Below are positions 20,831 through 33,930 of a stretch of DNA of 64,000 bases, piece after piece. Numbering within the stretch: position 1 is the stretch's first letter; each line of letters begins with the position of its first letter. This DNA comes from Schmidtea nova. Lineage: Eukaryota. The notes under the pieces were generated by a model. That model ran no database searches. It saw only the letters and a program-made list of their open reading frames with translations, and was not told the DNA's origin. The position numbers and the translations under genes are program-made. Where the stretch lies: assembly GCA_044892505.1 (NCBI GenBank), contig CM097882.1, positions 442,742,001 through 442,806,000 on the forward strand, given 5' to 3'.

Positions 20831-21753
20831 ATTTGTCATTTTTTTGTTCGTATTTTTTTAGTTTTCCATGGGCGCCAAATANNNNNNNNNNNNNNNNNNN
20901 NNNNNNNNNNNNNNNNNNNNNNNNNNNNNNNNNNNNNNNNNNNNNNNNNNNNNNNNNNNNNNNNNNNNNNNNNNNNNNNNNNNNNNNNNNNNNNNNNNNN
21001 NNNNNNNNNNNNNNNNNNNNNNNNNNNNNNNNACATTTTGCTTTTTTTCTTTATTTTGATAAATAAAATAAAAATAATTATTTATTGGATTGATTGAGGG
21101 AAATAAAGCTCTGGTTAAAAGTAAAATCGAAAAATGATAGAATAATATAAAATCAATTAATTAAATAATGAATAAAGGTTATTATTAATTCACAGATAAA
21201 ACTCCGAAATAGAAAAGCACAAAAAAGCTCAAACAGATAATAAAATTTATTGTCAGAAACTTCATATTTGCAAATCTTAAAAAACCCGAGTGCCACTCAA
21301 TGAATTATACTAGCAAAACACAAAATTTATTAGACAAACTTTACGAAACCAATTAATGACAAGTGTATTTATCTGATATTTTTTTCAGATACTTTTGAAA
21401 GAATATATATACATATATAGGGCCATTTCTCAAGTAGTGTTGCAATAAGTACTCAATAACAACTGCTAAATTAATGAATATATTTTTGTTATTGTACTTT
21501 TATTTGGTAAAACTAGATTGTAACTGTGCTGATCAATAAATATTTATATTGTTGGAATTCGTTATTGTTAATAACCCAAGCACGCTTTGTAGTCAGATTT
21601 CATATTTCACCGTCAGCCCAAACAGATTAAATAAACATGACTCTTAAATATTATTGGTTCAGCATTTATTCAATATTTTTCGGGTTTTCATGTTTTCTGG
21701 AATCCGAAAATTTCTCGTATCCTGGAAAATTAAAAAGTAATGAGAAACGGAAA

Positions 21754-23244
21754 TTATTTTTTGAATTTTAACTTCCGGAAGTCACGAGAAATATAGGATA
21801 GGTACATGATGAGTCCACTTATTGCTATAATAATACCTACAACAAAAAAGGTAATATTGTAAGACAAAGTCATGTCATATATCCATCCAGAAATCGGTGG
21901 ACCGATAAAAACTCCTATTCCTTGATTGACAAGAATTACACCTAATGTCGCATCTAAATTTTTCAAACCGAAAAGGTCAATCAGTATGACAGATGAAAGG
22001 GTCATGACAGGTCCACTCATAGTTCCATATATGAAATTGTATATAATCATAAAAATATAAGTATTCATTATCCAACTGAAGCTTAAAACTAATCCACTCA
22101 AAACAAGTGTCATATTATACAGATGAAATCGGTTTACACCTCTAAATGTTGCCAAGTACCCAAATCCTAACCTTCCACATAAATTTCCAATACCAATTGA
22201 GGCAATTAAATGACTTGCTTTGCTGGTTGAAATTCCAGATAGTAAAGCTCTATCTTTAGTAAACATATAGGGGGTATCGAATCCAATACTTGTTAAAAAA
22301 TTTGAAATAATGAATAATATAAAAACCGGATTTTTCAATAATTGTATAATTGATAGACTTGCATTTTCTTCAGGCTTTCTATCGACTTCATCTTCTAAGC
22401 ATTTATCAGTTTCATTTATCTCTTCTTCAGAAATATTAACGGAAGCAGGATTTACAATGTCTTGTTCACTGTGTTTTCCCTGAGGTTCCCGATTTTTAAA
22501 GGTCAGTGAAGAAAGTATCAAAGTGTATAATATCAGACTAAGGATCAACATGGTGAATTGCCATCCACGTTTTTCAATTAAAAATTCAATGAATGGACTA
22601 AAAATAAACGTTCCCAACCCCGATCCACAGATTGCGATTCCAAGAGCAAGAGATCTTTTCTTTTCGAACCAAACATTGACAATAATTATGGACGGCAAAT
22701 ACATTAACCCAAAACCTATAGAACTTAATACTGAACTAGACAATATTAAAACCCATAATTTATCGCAGAAATAAGGTATGGTGAAACCTAGGGCCCCAAG
22801 AAAGGCACCAGCAATTGCGACAGATCTATAACTAAATTTACTACATAAGTAACTTGATACGGGTGCCATGCAACATGTTATTGCAATGATCAATGACCCC
22901 ATGAAACCCACATTAGACCGGGATATATTGAAATATTTAATGAACTCCGGTGTAAAAACTCCATAGGAAAATAAAACTCCATCCACAACTAAATTGCTAA
23001 AAAAACAAGCAACTACCACAACCCAACCCCATCCTTGATCAGGTGGATGAATCTTTTCATTTTTCTTAAGCAGTTTCTCTTCTGTCTGTGTTTCTACTTG
23101 ATTTTTATCCCTACCCTCAAGGATTTCATTGATAATCATTATCTTACAACATTCAACCTCTTGTTTTATATCTTGATTTACATCTATTTTTTCTAAGTTA
23201 TTTTCAGTAATTTTTATAGTGCAATTTTTTTCATTAGACATCAT
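21754..23244 (-). CDS. Monocarboxylate transporter (SLC16/MFS), single exon, 496 aa
   Basis: Signature PPDQGWGWVVVVACF, WFEKKRSLALGI, two bundles of hydrophobic helices with a polar central loop, and GRLGFG. Confidence 0.93.
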   Translation of the reverse strand: MMSNEKNCTIKITENNLEKIDVNQDIKQEVECCKIMIINEILEGRDKNQVETQTEEKLLKKNEKIHPPDQGWGWVVVVACFFSNLVVDGVLFSYGVFTPEFIKYFNISRSNVGFMGSLIIAITCCMAPVSSYLCSKFSYRSVAIAGAFLGALGFTIPYFCDKLWVLILSSSVLSSIGFGLMYLPSIIIVNVWFEKKRSLALGIAICGSGLGTFIFSPFIEFLIEKRGWQFTMLILSLILYTLILSSLTFKNREPQGKHSEQDIVNPASVNISEEEINETDKCLEDEVDRKPEENASLSIIQLLKNPVFILFIISNFLTSIGFDTPYMFTKDRALLSGISTSKASHLIASIGIGNLCGRLGFGYLATFRGVNRFHLYNMTLVLSGLVLSFSWIMNTYIFMIIYNFIYGTMSGPVMTLSSVILIDLFGLKNLDATLGVILVNQGIGVFIGPPISGWIYDMTLSYNITFFVVGIIIAISGLIMYLSYISRDFRKLKFKK

Positions 23245-23318
23245 TGCTTATATAATTTAATAAAAAATTTAATATTTAAACTAATATTTAAATTAATATT
23301 TCCGCAGATATTATTCCC

Positions 23319-23444
23319 AAATTTTTTTACTTAATAAAATTGTTTTGCACCAAGGGCTTATTTTGTTATTTCTAATATATTTAATACTTAATGCTTATAC
23401 CAAGGAATCACCATTTTATAATAATAATGATGAAGATAATAATA

Positions 23445-23509
<65 letters not shown>

Positions 23510-24145
23510 GTATTAAATAAAAATGGCAATTTATTCATATAAATAAGAGAACACCATTTTTTTAAATATATTATTGCAATATATTTCAACAGCTTAGCTG
23601 TCATCATCAGGCTTTCCACAATCTCAATAAAATAAAAATTGATCTTAATTATACGCTTAATAGTGATTACATAATTACATGTGCATAATCCAATAAAACT
23701 TTTATTTACCCTAATAAAATTAATTAAACACTCTCAAAATGCATGTAGATATTGCATTTTGTATATTTATTTTTGGATTAAATGATTTTATCATCAAAGC
23801 CTCACAATTCACACGTTCATAATAATTTTTAAAACCCCTAGAAAGTATTTTGAAATTAGAAATATCAATGCTCTTTTTGCAAGTCTTATTATGCTAAATA
23901 ATGTTACTCTTTNNNNNNNNNNNNNNNNNNNNNNNNNNNNNNNNNNNNNNNNNNNNNNNNNNNNNNNNNNNNNNNNNNNNNNNNNNNNNNNNNNNNNNNN
24001 NNNNNNNNNNNNNNNNNNNNNNNNNNNNNNNNNNNNNNNNNNNTATAAAATGGTGATTCCTTGGTATAAGCATTAAGTAATAAATATATTAGAAATAACA
24101 AAATAAGCCTTTGGTGCAAAACAATTTTATTAAGTAAAAGAATTT
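23319..24145. repeat. Foldback/MITE-like element with about 110-bp near-perfect inverted arms running into (AAT)n
   Basis: 23325-23430 is the reverse complement of 24044-24139 with few mismatches. Confidence 0.75.
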
Positions 24146-24169
24146 TCGATTATATGGTTATATAAAATT

Positions 24170-24800
24170 AAAAAAAGATCCCCAGAAAAAGATATTCGAT
24201 AAAAATAAATTAATAAATTATTTATTAGCTATATAGAAAACCCAAGCTAATGGAAAACCCCGGGCGTCAACAAAATTATTAGATTATCCAAGAGAATTGT
24301 AGGATGCCCCGGGGAAAAACGAAAATCCAATTTGCTCAAAAAACAAATTAAACCCGGCGGCAAACCCCAGCAATAGGACAATTTGATTATTTTGTTTAGA
24401 GAACCTCAAAAGCAATTATCAAAAATGAAATAAACGCGACAGATTTAAGTGGCGAAGCTACTATATAAACTCAGTGTGAGTTTTCAGAATAGTCAGTATG
24501 GTCGAAGCAAAAATTTGTAATTTGTGGTGATGAAACCGAAGCAACAGAAAGAAAACTTAAAATAGAGAGCTTAAAGTTAGAGTCCAGATTTAAAAAATTT
24601 TCTTGCGTATCAGAAAGGGAGATTTTCCATTGAGACACCTACCCTAGCGCAAGAGTGCAGATAACATTTTGTTGCTTTGTGTAATCGAAATTGTGTTTGA
24701 TCAATTTGAAAATAAAGATTATTGTATTGGGTTTAATTCATTATTGTCAAAGAAAGAACACGAGAGTCAGATACCAACCGACTATTCGTTAATAACCCAA
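24170..24800 (+). repeat. Partial copy of the TGTTGG..CCCAACA LTR family
   Basis: Shares GCTAATGGAAAACCC..GG, AATAAA..TTGTATTGGG and AACACGAGAGTCAG..AATAACCC with 12597-13359. Confidence 0.55.
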
Positions 24801-25595
24801 AAATATATAGACTGTATTTTCTTTTAACTCTACTGCAATGATATGTATTTATATTTTTATACGCTGTATTTATTTGTTTTGTTTATTATTAATGTGTTTG
24901 TTTTGTATAATTAGAACCAATGTCCGTCCCTGTGTATTGGAAAATAAAAAAATACTCTTAAATTTAATTAAAAAAATAAGATAGGGTAATATTCATTGGG
25001 CGCTTAACTAAATAAAACATGGTCACTTAAAAATATTATTTGGGCACTTATAAAATTTAATTAAATTTTAATTAAATTACTTGGATCCGTAGAATATGTG
25101 TGCTCTAAAATATATTTTATGATAAACTATTTTAATTAAAAAGTTGACTAATTAAATTATTTGTCAGAATCGAGTATTTAAATAGAAATATGTTTATATT
25201 CACTCTATTTAACAGTGATCATTTGAGTTGATAATACCACCATTTTTTGCCTTTTTTGAACAAAACCCCGTAAAGTTAAAAAGCGAAAACATTTTTTAAA
25301 AATGGACAGCATCACTGAATATGTGTGGTTTGAAGAATATCATTCAGATTCTGAATCCTTCAAATCTGAAATAGTGCTGCCTAGTACTGAAACAAGAAAA
25401 TCCAGAACTTGGGTTACGTCTGTTGTCTTTGTTCATCACCAGCAACATCAAAATCAAAAAACTTTCAAAAGTCAAAATAAAAGTTCAGTTGTTTTGTAAC
25501 GAATCCAATTTTGTTCATCATGATTTTTAATGCTTTATAAAAATCTGTAATCATTTTTACAGCTCTTTATTTTTTTAATAGTTTTGGGTTTTGTG

Positions 25596-26095
25596 TTGTT
25601 GGTGAAATGTAAAAGTAACCAGTCAAATCTCTGTCTTCTAAGCGTTCTTTATTTGATCCAAAAATAACAATTATCAGACAATATAAACCTTTATTGATTA
25701 TCACAGTTTAATACACGAATTATTATTACGAATTATTTATTACACGAAAAATTATTCAACACTCAAATAGGCAATTATACGAAGCTTATTGCAACACCTC
25801 GGGATGAAAAGCTCCAAGTGTATAATACCCAAATACTCTAATAATCACTAGCCGCTGATTTGACTCAACAATTGAGTAAATTGGTTTCAATTATCCCTGT
25901 GCTTTGACTTGACTTTATTAAATATACTCTGATTCCTTTTTATTCATTCCGAATTTCGTCACACTGTTCAACTAAATTATCTCAATATCGGTTCTCCACA
26001 ATATCACGAAATTATATAATTTAAATCTTCTACTCCAACTTTCTTAATCCAATTTTTAACACCACTTCACTTCTTATTTAATTAAGATGACTTTC
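25596..26095 (-). repeat. LTR-like fragment homologous to 17450-17928, abutting the truncated gypsy pol
   Basis: Shared blocks such as TTGAGTCAAATCA..GCTAGTGATTA and GATAATCAATAAAGGTTTATATT. Confidence 0.65.
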
Positions 26096-26099
26096 ACTT

Positions 26100-29000
26100 T
26101 TATAGTTCGCTGATGTCATGTATTTTCGAAATACACAATTTCCTAAACTCTTTTGGTAAGAGTATTCTTGGTGTATTTTCATTGCTGACATCGTACCAAA
26201 GTTCATTGATTTTCTCTAATTTCAGGCTGTGTTTTAGGGGGAGTTCTTTTAAGGTTTCTGATTGTTTGTTTTTAATTTTTTCGTTTTCAAATAGTTCGCC
26301 AAATTCTAGTGCGTTTATGTCTGTTTCTATTCTTGACAGAGTATCTGCTGCGATATTTGCGGCGCCAGCGACATAATTGATTGTGCAATTAAATTGTGAT
26401 GTATAATTTAATTGTCTTATTTGTCGTGGTGATGGGTTTTTCATTTGTATCGCGTTTGTTAACGGTTTGTGGTCCGTATATATTTTGAAGTTTCTTGCTT
26501 CCAGAAAGTGTTGGAAGTGTTTGATGGCTTCATGTATCGCGAGTAATTCTCGGTCAAAGGTTGAGTACCGTGTTTGATGTGTTTTTAGTTTTTTAGAGAA
26601 AAACCCGATTGGCTGTTTGCTGTATTTGTTATCTTGATATAAGGTTGCGCCCATTGCATATCCAGAGCAGTCTGTTGCTAGGTTGTAGTCTAGTTCTGGA
26701 TTTGGATATCCGAGTAATGTTGCTTGGGATAAGCTTGTTTTTGCTTTTTCAAACTGTTTGGTAGTTTGTTCGGTCCAGTTTATTTTATTATTTCTTCTTG
26801 TTTTGATCAGGTCGTTTAATGGAGCTAACAATTCACTGCAGTTAGGGACGTACGCGTGGTAAAAGTTTACCATCCCCAAAAATCGTCTTAACTCTCTGTT
26901 TGTGTTCGGTAATTTGAACTCTTGTATCGTGCTTATTTTCTTGTCTATTGGCTTCGTGCCTTTTTCGTCCTGTGTGTGTCCCAGAAAATTAATCTCTTTT
27001 TTCAAAAATTCGCATTTTTGAATGTTTATTTTGAGATTTGCGGAGTTCAGCGTTTCAAACACCTTTTCAATGTCTTTTAAGTGAGTAGTTTTGTTTGGGC
27101 TTGCTATGAGGATGTCGTCCAAATAAGCTATTGTGTTCTGGTTATTTTTCAAAGTCTTGTCCATAAATCGTTGAAATGTTGCAGCTGCGTTTCGCAAACC
27201 AAATGGCATTCTGTTGTACTAGAACATGCCGATTGGTGGTACGATTGGTGTTTTTTTAATGTCTTCGTTCCTGATGGGTATTTGGTGGTAAGCCTTCTGT
27301 AAATCTATTTTCGAGAAGAGTTTTGCTCCTTTTAATCTGTTTATTATGTCTCTGATGATAGGCAGCGGGTAGTTGTCTGGTTCCGTGATTTTGTTGAGCA
27401 TTCGGTAGTCGCCACAAGCTCTCCATTCCCCGTTTGCCTTTTGTTTGAGCATGAGTGCTGAGGACCAATCAGAGTTCGAGTGAGTTACTATTTTGTTTTC
27501 TAGTAACTCCTTGAAAATTTCGTTCGTAATTTTTGTTTTTTGTGGATCTAGTTGTCTCACCTTTGCATGCACTGGGTTTCCGTTTGTTATGATTGCATGT
27601 TCGGTGCAGTGATCCGCGTTTTTGTCAAAGGTTACTGGTTCGGTGAGTTTTTCGAATTTTCCCAGTAGTTTATTTATTTCTGGGTCATGATTCAATTTTG
27701 TTTTTGTTTATTGTTAGGTGAACCCGTTTGGATAACACCGATGTCTATTTTTGGTTTTCCTCCATTGCTTGTGTTGTGCTGTGGTGTTGTAGTATTAGTA
27801 ATATTTTCTATTATTTGTTTGTTTTTACAATCCACTAGGAGGTTGTAATTTGTTAGGAAATCTGCTCCTATTATTGCTTGTTGGACCTCAGCTATGGTGA
27901 ATGTCCAGTTGTAGTTCTTTTTATTTATGTTTAAATTTATTTTTTGTTGCCCGAAAGTTTTTATGTTTGTGCCTTTAGCTGCTGTTAATGGTTTTTCTGT
28001 TTTGTTGACACTTTTATACATAGAATGGGGCAGTAGTGAGGTCACCAAGCCGGTGTCTTTTAAAAAATCTATGTTGTTTGTGTGCACCCAAAATGTGTTG
28101 TTTTTGTCACCTGATGTGGGTGCTATCATTGGTGACCTTATTGGTTTCCCTGCTCTGTTTTATTGAATTCGCAGGGTTGTGTGCATTTAAATGCTTTTTC
28201 ACCGAATTTGTTGTGGAAATAGCATAGGTTTTTGTTTAGGAATGTTTCTTGAATCTCTTTCTGGATTTCTGTTTCGGTAATTGTTGCATCGATTTGGGGA
28301 GTTTGATCGATTTCTGTAATTGTTGTTTGGTGATTGACTGCGGCTGTAGTTTTGTCTGTTGTATTCTAGGGGTTGATTGTAGCATTGTCTGTTTTGACCG
28401 TTGGATGTTTGGTCTCTGTTGTGGTTGTATCTGTTGTAATTATCGTATGATTGTGTTGAGTTAAAGTTTGGTTTGTTACAACGTTCGTTTATTTCGGCTA
28501 GTTCTGTTTTGATTTGTTTGTTTTCGACTATTATTTCGTCGAATTGGCCGATAAGAGTGTTTAGTAGGTTGTTCATGTTTTCGTTTTGTTCGTTATTTTT
28601 GTTGTATGAAGGGTTATTGTAGTTAGTTTTGTTTTTGTTGTGGTTTTGGGTGCTGCATATAGTCGAATAAATTTCCTCGTTGATTTTATCCGCTATGTCG
28701 GCAAGCGTTTCAACATCAGCGTTGTTGCTGGCTGCCAGAATCCTCCTGATTTCTGGTGGCATTGCTCGCATGAAAAATTCTTTTACTAGTTCGTTTGAAC
28801 CCGAATTTGTGATATTTGGTTGCAAATATTCTAGTTTTTGTTTTCATTGCCTGAGGAAATCAATGGGTTTTTTGTCACCTAATTGAGGCAAGATTCGAGC
28901 ATTTGCCGTCTGTTTATTTTATTTTTGATTGTAAGGATCTTACACAGTTTCTTAAAGGGGTCGTCATCCTTAGAAATTTCTTCAATCTGATCCGCTATTT

Positions 29001-29630
29001 CATTTAGTTTGTTACTGGGTAGTGCAGCTATGATTTTGGAGCACAGAGTTTTTGTGGATTTTATACCTGAAAGGGTTAGTGTTAATTTGGCAAATTCCAG
29101 CCATTTTTGTGGAGTGCCATTTTCGTCAGTGAAGTAGTTTGGTAGGTTGGGTTTCGGGTTAATTACAGAGTTTATGGTGTGTGTGTTTTCGGGGTTGTAA
29201 TAGTAGTTGTTGTTTTGGTGTTGGGATTGTGCATTTTCGTTGTCAATGGGTGTTTGGGTAATATTTGTTTGGTTTAGTTGGTTGGTTGCCATCGCTTTTA
29301 TTTATGTGTTGCTTGTTGATGCGAAAAAAATCGAGTTTGTTTCAAGGATATGGCTTACTGTGTTCAGCCAAAAGATCTCACCTTCCTTTATAGTTCTATA
29401 CTAACTATTCTAAAAGGAAAAGGTGATTTGAGAAAAATTTCGTCGAGTGTGTGTGTGTGTGTGTTGACTTCTGACACCAGTTGTAAATGCGATATTTACT
29501 TGTTTCGAATGGCTTTAGAGTAAGATATTACGGATATGTACAAGGAGAAATGTAAGCGCCCGAGAGAGTCAGCCCGATTATTGTGGGGACACTCGGGGTG
29601 TATGCTATGTAATGCGGGAAGGAAATAACA
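26100..29630 (-). mobile_element. Decayed Ty3/gypsy retrotransposon: 5' LTR, PBS, gag, protease, RT, RNase H; integrase and 3' LTR missing
   Basis: Gag in two frames (28879-29292, 28199-28825); protease FLKDTG; RT CGDYRMLN, FSKIDLQKAYHQI, MPFGLRNA, YLDD; RNase H ATDCS, RELLAI, YTDHKPL. Several frameshifts; the sequence breaks at the start of the integrase zinc finger (KIHDISEL). Confidence 0.92.
29467..29479 (-). other. Primer-binding site TGGTGTCAGAAGT (tRNA-Leu type)
   Basis: Lies 2 nt downstream of a TGTTATTT...TTTACA LTR candidate (29482-29630). The sequence matches the recalled tRNA-Leu 3' end complement TGGTGTCAGAAGTGGGAT over 13 nt. Confidence 0.7.
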
Positions 29631-29984
29631 AACTAATAATAAACTTAATTAATTATTCAAATAACAGTTATGAACAAGATATAACGTTTATAAAATGTTA
29701 CTTTGACAAACTTCTTATATATCTAGTTGATTGATATCTTCAGGCGTGAAATTTGGAAATTCTGTATTTATTTTCTTTTAATTGATGATTCTTGAACAGA
29801 TTTCGACAAAGATTTCGCAAAGATTGGAAAGGTTGTTCTCCTTTAAAAATTAGTATTCTTTTTCACTTGAAATCGCAGGAATTTTGGATAGAAATCTGTA
29901 ATAATAACTTTTCAAGCTCCAAATTATCAACACAACTATCAGAAGTGGTTAGTAGGTATGTTGTTTATGTTGTAGATATGTTAG

Positions 29985-30093
29985 TTGATCTTGATAGTAA
30001 ATGTTTAGATAATAAATTTGATCTTGATAGTAAATATTTTGATAATAAATTTGATCTTGATAGTAAATATTTTGATAATAAATTTTATCTTGA
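29985..30093. repeat. 33-bp minisatellite, about 3.3 copies
   Basis: GATCTTGATAGTAAATATTTTGATAATAAATTT-type units. Confidence 0.8.
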
Positions 30094-30619
30094 TTAATTA
30101 TTATCTTGTTAATAAATTTTCTAAAAAAAATCAATTTTTTTCAATTATTGTCCACAGCTTACTATAGTTTATTACTATAGTAAGCTGTTGGATTCAAATT
30201 GAAAATTTGAATTCCAATAATAATAATAATAATTGCAGTAATAATAAAAATTCATACAAACAAAAAAAAGGGAGGGGTTCCCGGTGACCGCAAAGGCACC
30301 GTCCATAACAATGACGGCGCTTACACCATCATACAAGAATAGCAATAATCATAATCATAAAAATAACAACTACCAGCAAACTTTTCATACACTACAAGTT
30401 TAATACAATATATGTATGTCATCGCTACTCGGTAATTTCCGCACATATTTTTGAGGTAATGGACAAAATTCGATTTCATCACTGGAAATTTCTGGCACAC
30501 CTAATGTGTTAGAAACTAATGACTTATTTTGTTTGTTATTATCAAGAACAGTTGAATTTCTAGTTAGTAAGAAATCTGTCACTCGCTTCTGGGTTTTTTT
30601 TGTTTTTTTTTACTTGTTT

Positions 30620-33600
30620 ATAGATTTCCTGATACCCAGCTGTACATATCTGCAGGTCCCGTTGCAATTTCAAAGCTCGTTCTAAATCGGGATCTTGAGT
30701 GAGAAAATGTTGTTCCATATTAGTAGCAAATTACAAGCCCTCGTGAATCAAAGCAGCTGTAAGTGGATTAATTTTGCCTGTATCTTCATTTTTGTCATTA
30801 GAATCATTACTACTACCGCAATTTGTTATAAACTCGATTAGTTCCTCATCATCTAAAGGTTTTTCAACCAATAATTCATCGATATTCACACTTTTACTGT
30901 TGTCTAAGCCTTCCTTTCCAATAGCATGTAATAGTTATATTTCAGAAACTTCTAGAAATTAATGTGGTACAGAACCTTCTTTTTTAATGCATTCTGGCCA
31001 AATTGTTTTCCAACAAGCATTCGGGGTAGAAGCCTGCACTTGCTTGATGGCGGACGAAGCGTTTATAATACAATTAAAAATTGTGTAACTTTTCCATGAT
31101 TCCACGATCGTTAAGTTTTTTTCTTTTGTTGAATCCAAAATATAAAGGAATGCTTGTTTTAAGTAATACATTTTAAATGTTTCTAGTCGCTGAATTAATG
31201 AAGTTGTTTTTGGTGGTAAAAATAACAATTGAATATTTGGGTGATCTATTACAGGATGTCTGGGCGCATTATCAACAAGTAAAAGTACTTTGAATTTAAG
31301 ACATTTTTGTTCCGTATATTTCTGGACTTCAGGAACAGAATACTCGTAAAACAATTTTTTTTAAAAATCTGCTGTAATCCATGCCTTCTTGTTTGCCATC
31401 CAATGAACTGGAAGCAGTTTAATTTTGTTGCCTTTCAAAGTTCATGGTTTAAATGATCGAATGATTAACATAGGTTTCAAAAACTTATCACCAGATGCGA
31501 TGCTACACAATAAAAATGTCACCGATCTTTAGATGCTTTGAAACCGCCAGCAGTTTTTTTCTGATTTCGCCAGAAGGCAATTTTTTCTAGAATAAACCAG
31601 TTTCATCGGCATTAGATATTTGATCTGGTGTATAACCGTTGAGTTAAAATTATTTCTGACAGTTGATCAAAAAAACTCTTTACAGCATTTTCGTCTACTG
31701 ACGCTTTTGTTGAGGTTATAAATAATTATTACCAAGCAAAATTAAAATCAAACAACTTCTTTCAAATCAAAATTTGTCTGTGTGTAAATGTGTTATGATT
31801 GTAAAATGCGATGCGTGAATACTGCTCTGAGCTCGATTTACTGTATGCTCTATTTTAATTTAATAGTCGATAACAACTATAAGATTTTTAATCGCAGTGA
31901 TTTTTTGGTTTGGTTCTACTGAGGAAAACCTTAGTGTATATAGTTATTTTTTGTGGTCCTTGACTTCAAGGGGCAAGGATCATCAAACGTCAATAACATT
32001 TGTTTTTAGTAAACAATTTTTCTATTTTTAAAAGTTCAAACAACAATTACTATTTTTAAAGTCATCTTTATTCCCAGCATCCCTGAGGTTAAAAAGATAT
32101 TAATCTATATCTGGTTGATACCTATACATCATTTATAATATTAATTTTCTAATAATTTGTTTTTATCTGTCTGTTTCTTTATTTCTTTTTTTGTTTTAAT
32201 TGATGTAGAATTTTTTTAATAATCTTACCGTTACATGCTTTTGTTAATGTATCTCATTCAACATCTATAAAAATTGAATGAAACGCGATGTAAAATTATT
32301 TCACACAAGATAATTGATATCATCCAATGTATTAATAAAGTGAAGTAAATCTGTAGGTATCGAATTTTGTAAAAAGAATTGTATGAGATATGATAATTAA
32401 TGCTTAAAGAAATGAAACTATTTATAGTTAGAAAATTAAACAAATTGATGTTATTAAACCTATAAAATTTATTGTTAAATAAGAAAATGTGTTTATATCG
32501 AATATTAATATATTAAATATCAAAATTTATTATTATTAATTAATTTATTTTATTATTATTTCCTTATTATGACCACTATTATCAATTATATTTTGATTTA
32601 TAAAAAAATTATTTTTGCAATTATTATTACTATTATTATTACTATATTTATTCTTAAGTTATTATTATTCTTGTTATTATTATTACAATGCACCTGCAGG
32701 TGCTTTTGGTTTTTTCTTTTGCTCTTCACGAGCTTTCAATCAATCGCTCTTCAATCAACATACAAAACCATTATGTTATGACGCCATGTGTCTAAAAAAA
32801 TAAAATTTTTAAAAGCAATTTATTTTAGCTCCTAGAGGGCATTTTTAATTTTTAATTATTTTTAGATTATTTTTTTAATAATAATTTTTTTCCTGATGGC
32901 AGTGAATCTGTTGAAATATATTTTTTTCCTGATACTGGCAGTGGATCTGTCGAAATATAATTTAATGTTGATCTCTTAATGTCGTTTATTTATTATTATT
33001 TTGATTTTCCTTTGACTTTTACTCATAAGGGTCCCTTTAAAATTGTTATCAAAGAAAATATTTTATTGATAAAATAAAATTATTCCACAAATCACATAAA
33101 AATTATTTAAAAATGACAAAACAAAACAAAACACATAAAATAAAATTATCAATTAATCAAATAAATCATATAATTGTCCTCACATAATTGTTATCATATC
33201 AAAATAAAGTCAAATAAAATACAATCAATTAGATCAAATGAAATTCAGTTTCATATTCAATTATTTGATATTAGATTGGATTGATGATCTTTGTTGCCCT
33301 TGTTGTCTATATATATGTTTATCCTATATCTGTTAACTCCTATTTTATAATATTTCAGTTTTATTGTTTTTAATATTCTTCCATCTTCCAACACTATCTC
33401 GCCTTTTATTTTTACATTATGAAATGCATATCTTTTCAGAAAACTCGTCAGCCATTCGTCACTTGCATGAAATGTCACTTTGTTTCTTGCAAACTTTTCG
33501 ATGGCTGCTCCTAAACTAGCCAGTATATTCTAAGCGCTTTCTCATTTATATTTTTACCATCTACAGGTATTTTTTTTCTGGACTAAATCCTTGATCCAAA

Positions 33601-33930
33601 CAAGTAAAGGTTTCACCATCTTCTCCAAGATAACATTTTGACTATATGATGACTTTTTAAAACTAATTTTTGATCCAGAAATTACTGATTTTCTAATGGA
33701 ATCTTCATTTTTTTATTGTTCAATAGTTTCTTCATTCAGGCCAAAACGTTTACCCACAGATGTAGAATCTTCGCCTTTCCCAAGATGGTCCAAAATTTTC
33801 AATTTAGCACCCAAAGAAATAGCTCGTCTCTTTCGAATCGATTTTAGTCGCCATAGACATCTTATTAGACCCTTAAAATATGTTTTTAATAGAAATTGCT
33901 TATGAATATACATTTGTAAATCAGATTACA
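30620..33930 (-). pseudogene. Tigger/pogo transposase remnant split by a 1.7-kb insertion
   Basis: HTH RRAISLGAKLKIL, FHASDEWLTSFLKRY, GYTPDQISNADETGLF and LLLVDNAPRHP..LFLPPKTTSLIQ, with many stops and frameshifts. Confidence 0.85.
31708..33393. mobile_element. TG..CA LTR-like insertion inside the Tigger transposase
   Basis: Ends TGTTGAGG and TTCCAACA; flanks CTTT/CTAT are a 4-bp TSD with one mismatch. Removing it restores KIKGEI-ASVDENA. Confidence 0.6.

Noticed and set aside
23345-23619. Poly-Asn / poly-Leu ORFs
   Set aside because: Translations of an (AAT)n microsatellite.
29792-30134. ORFs with 11-aa repeats
   Set aside because: Translations of a 33-bp minisatellite.
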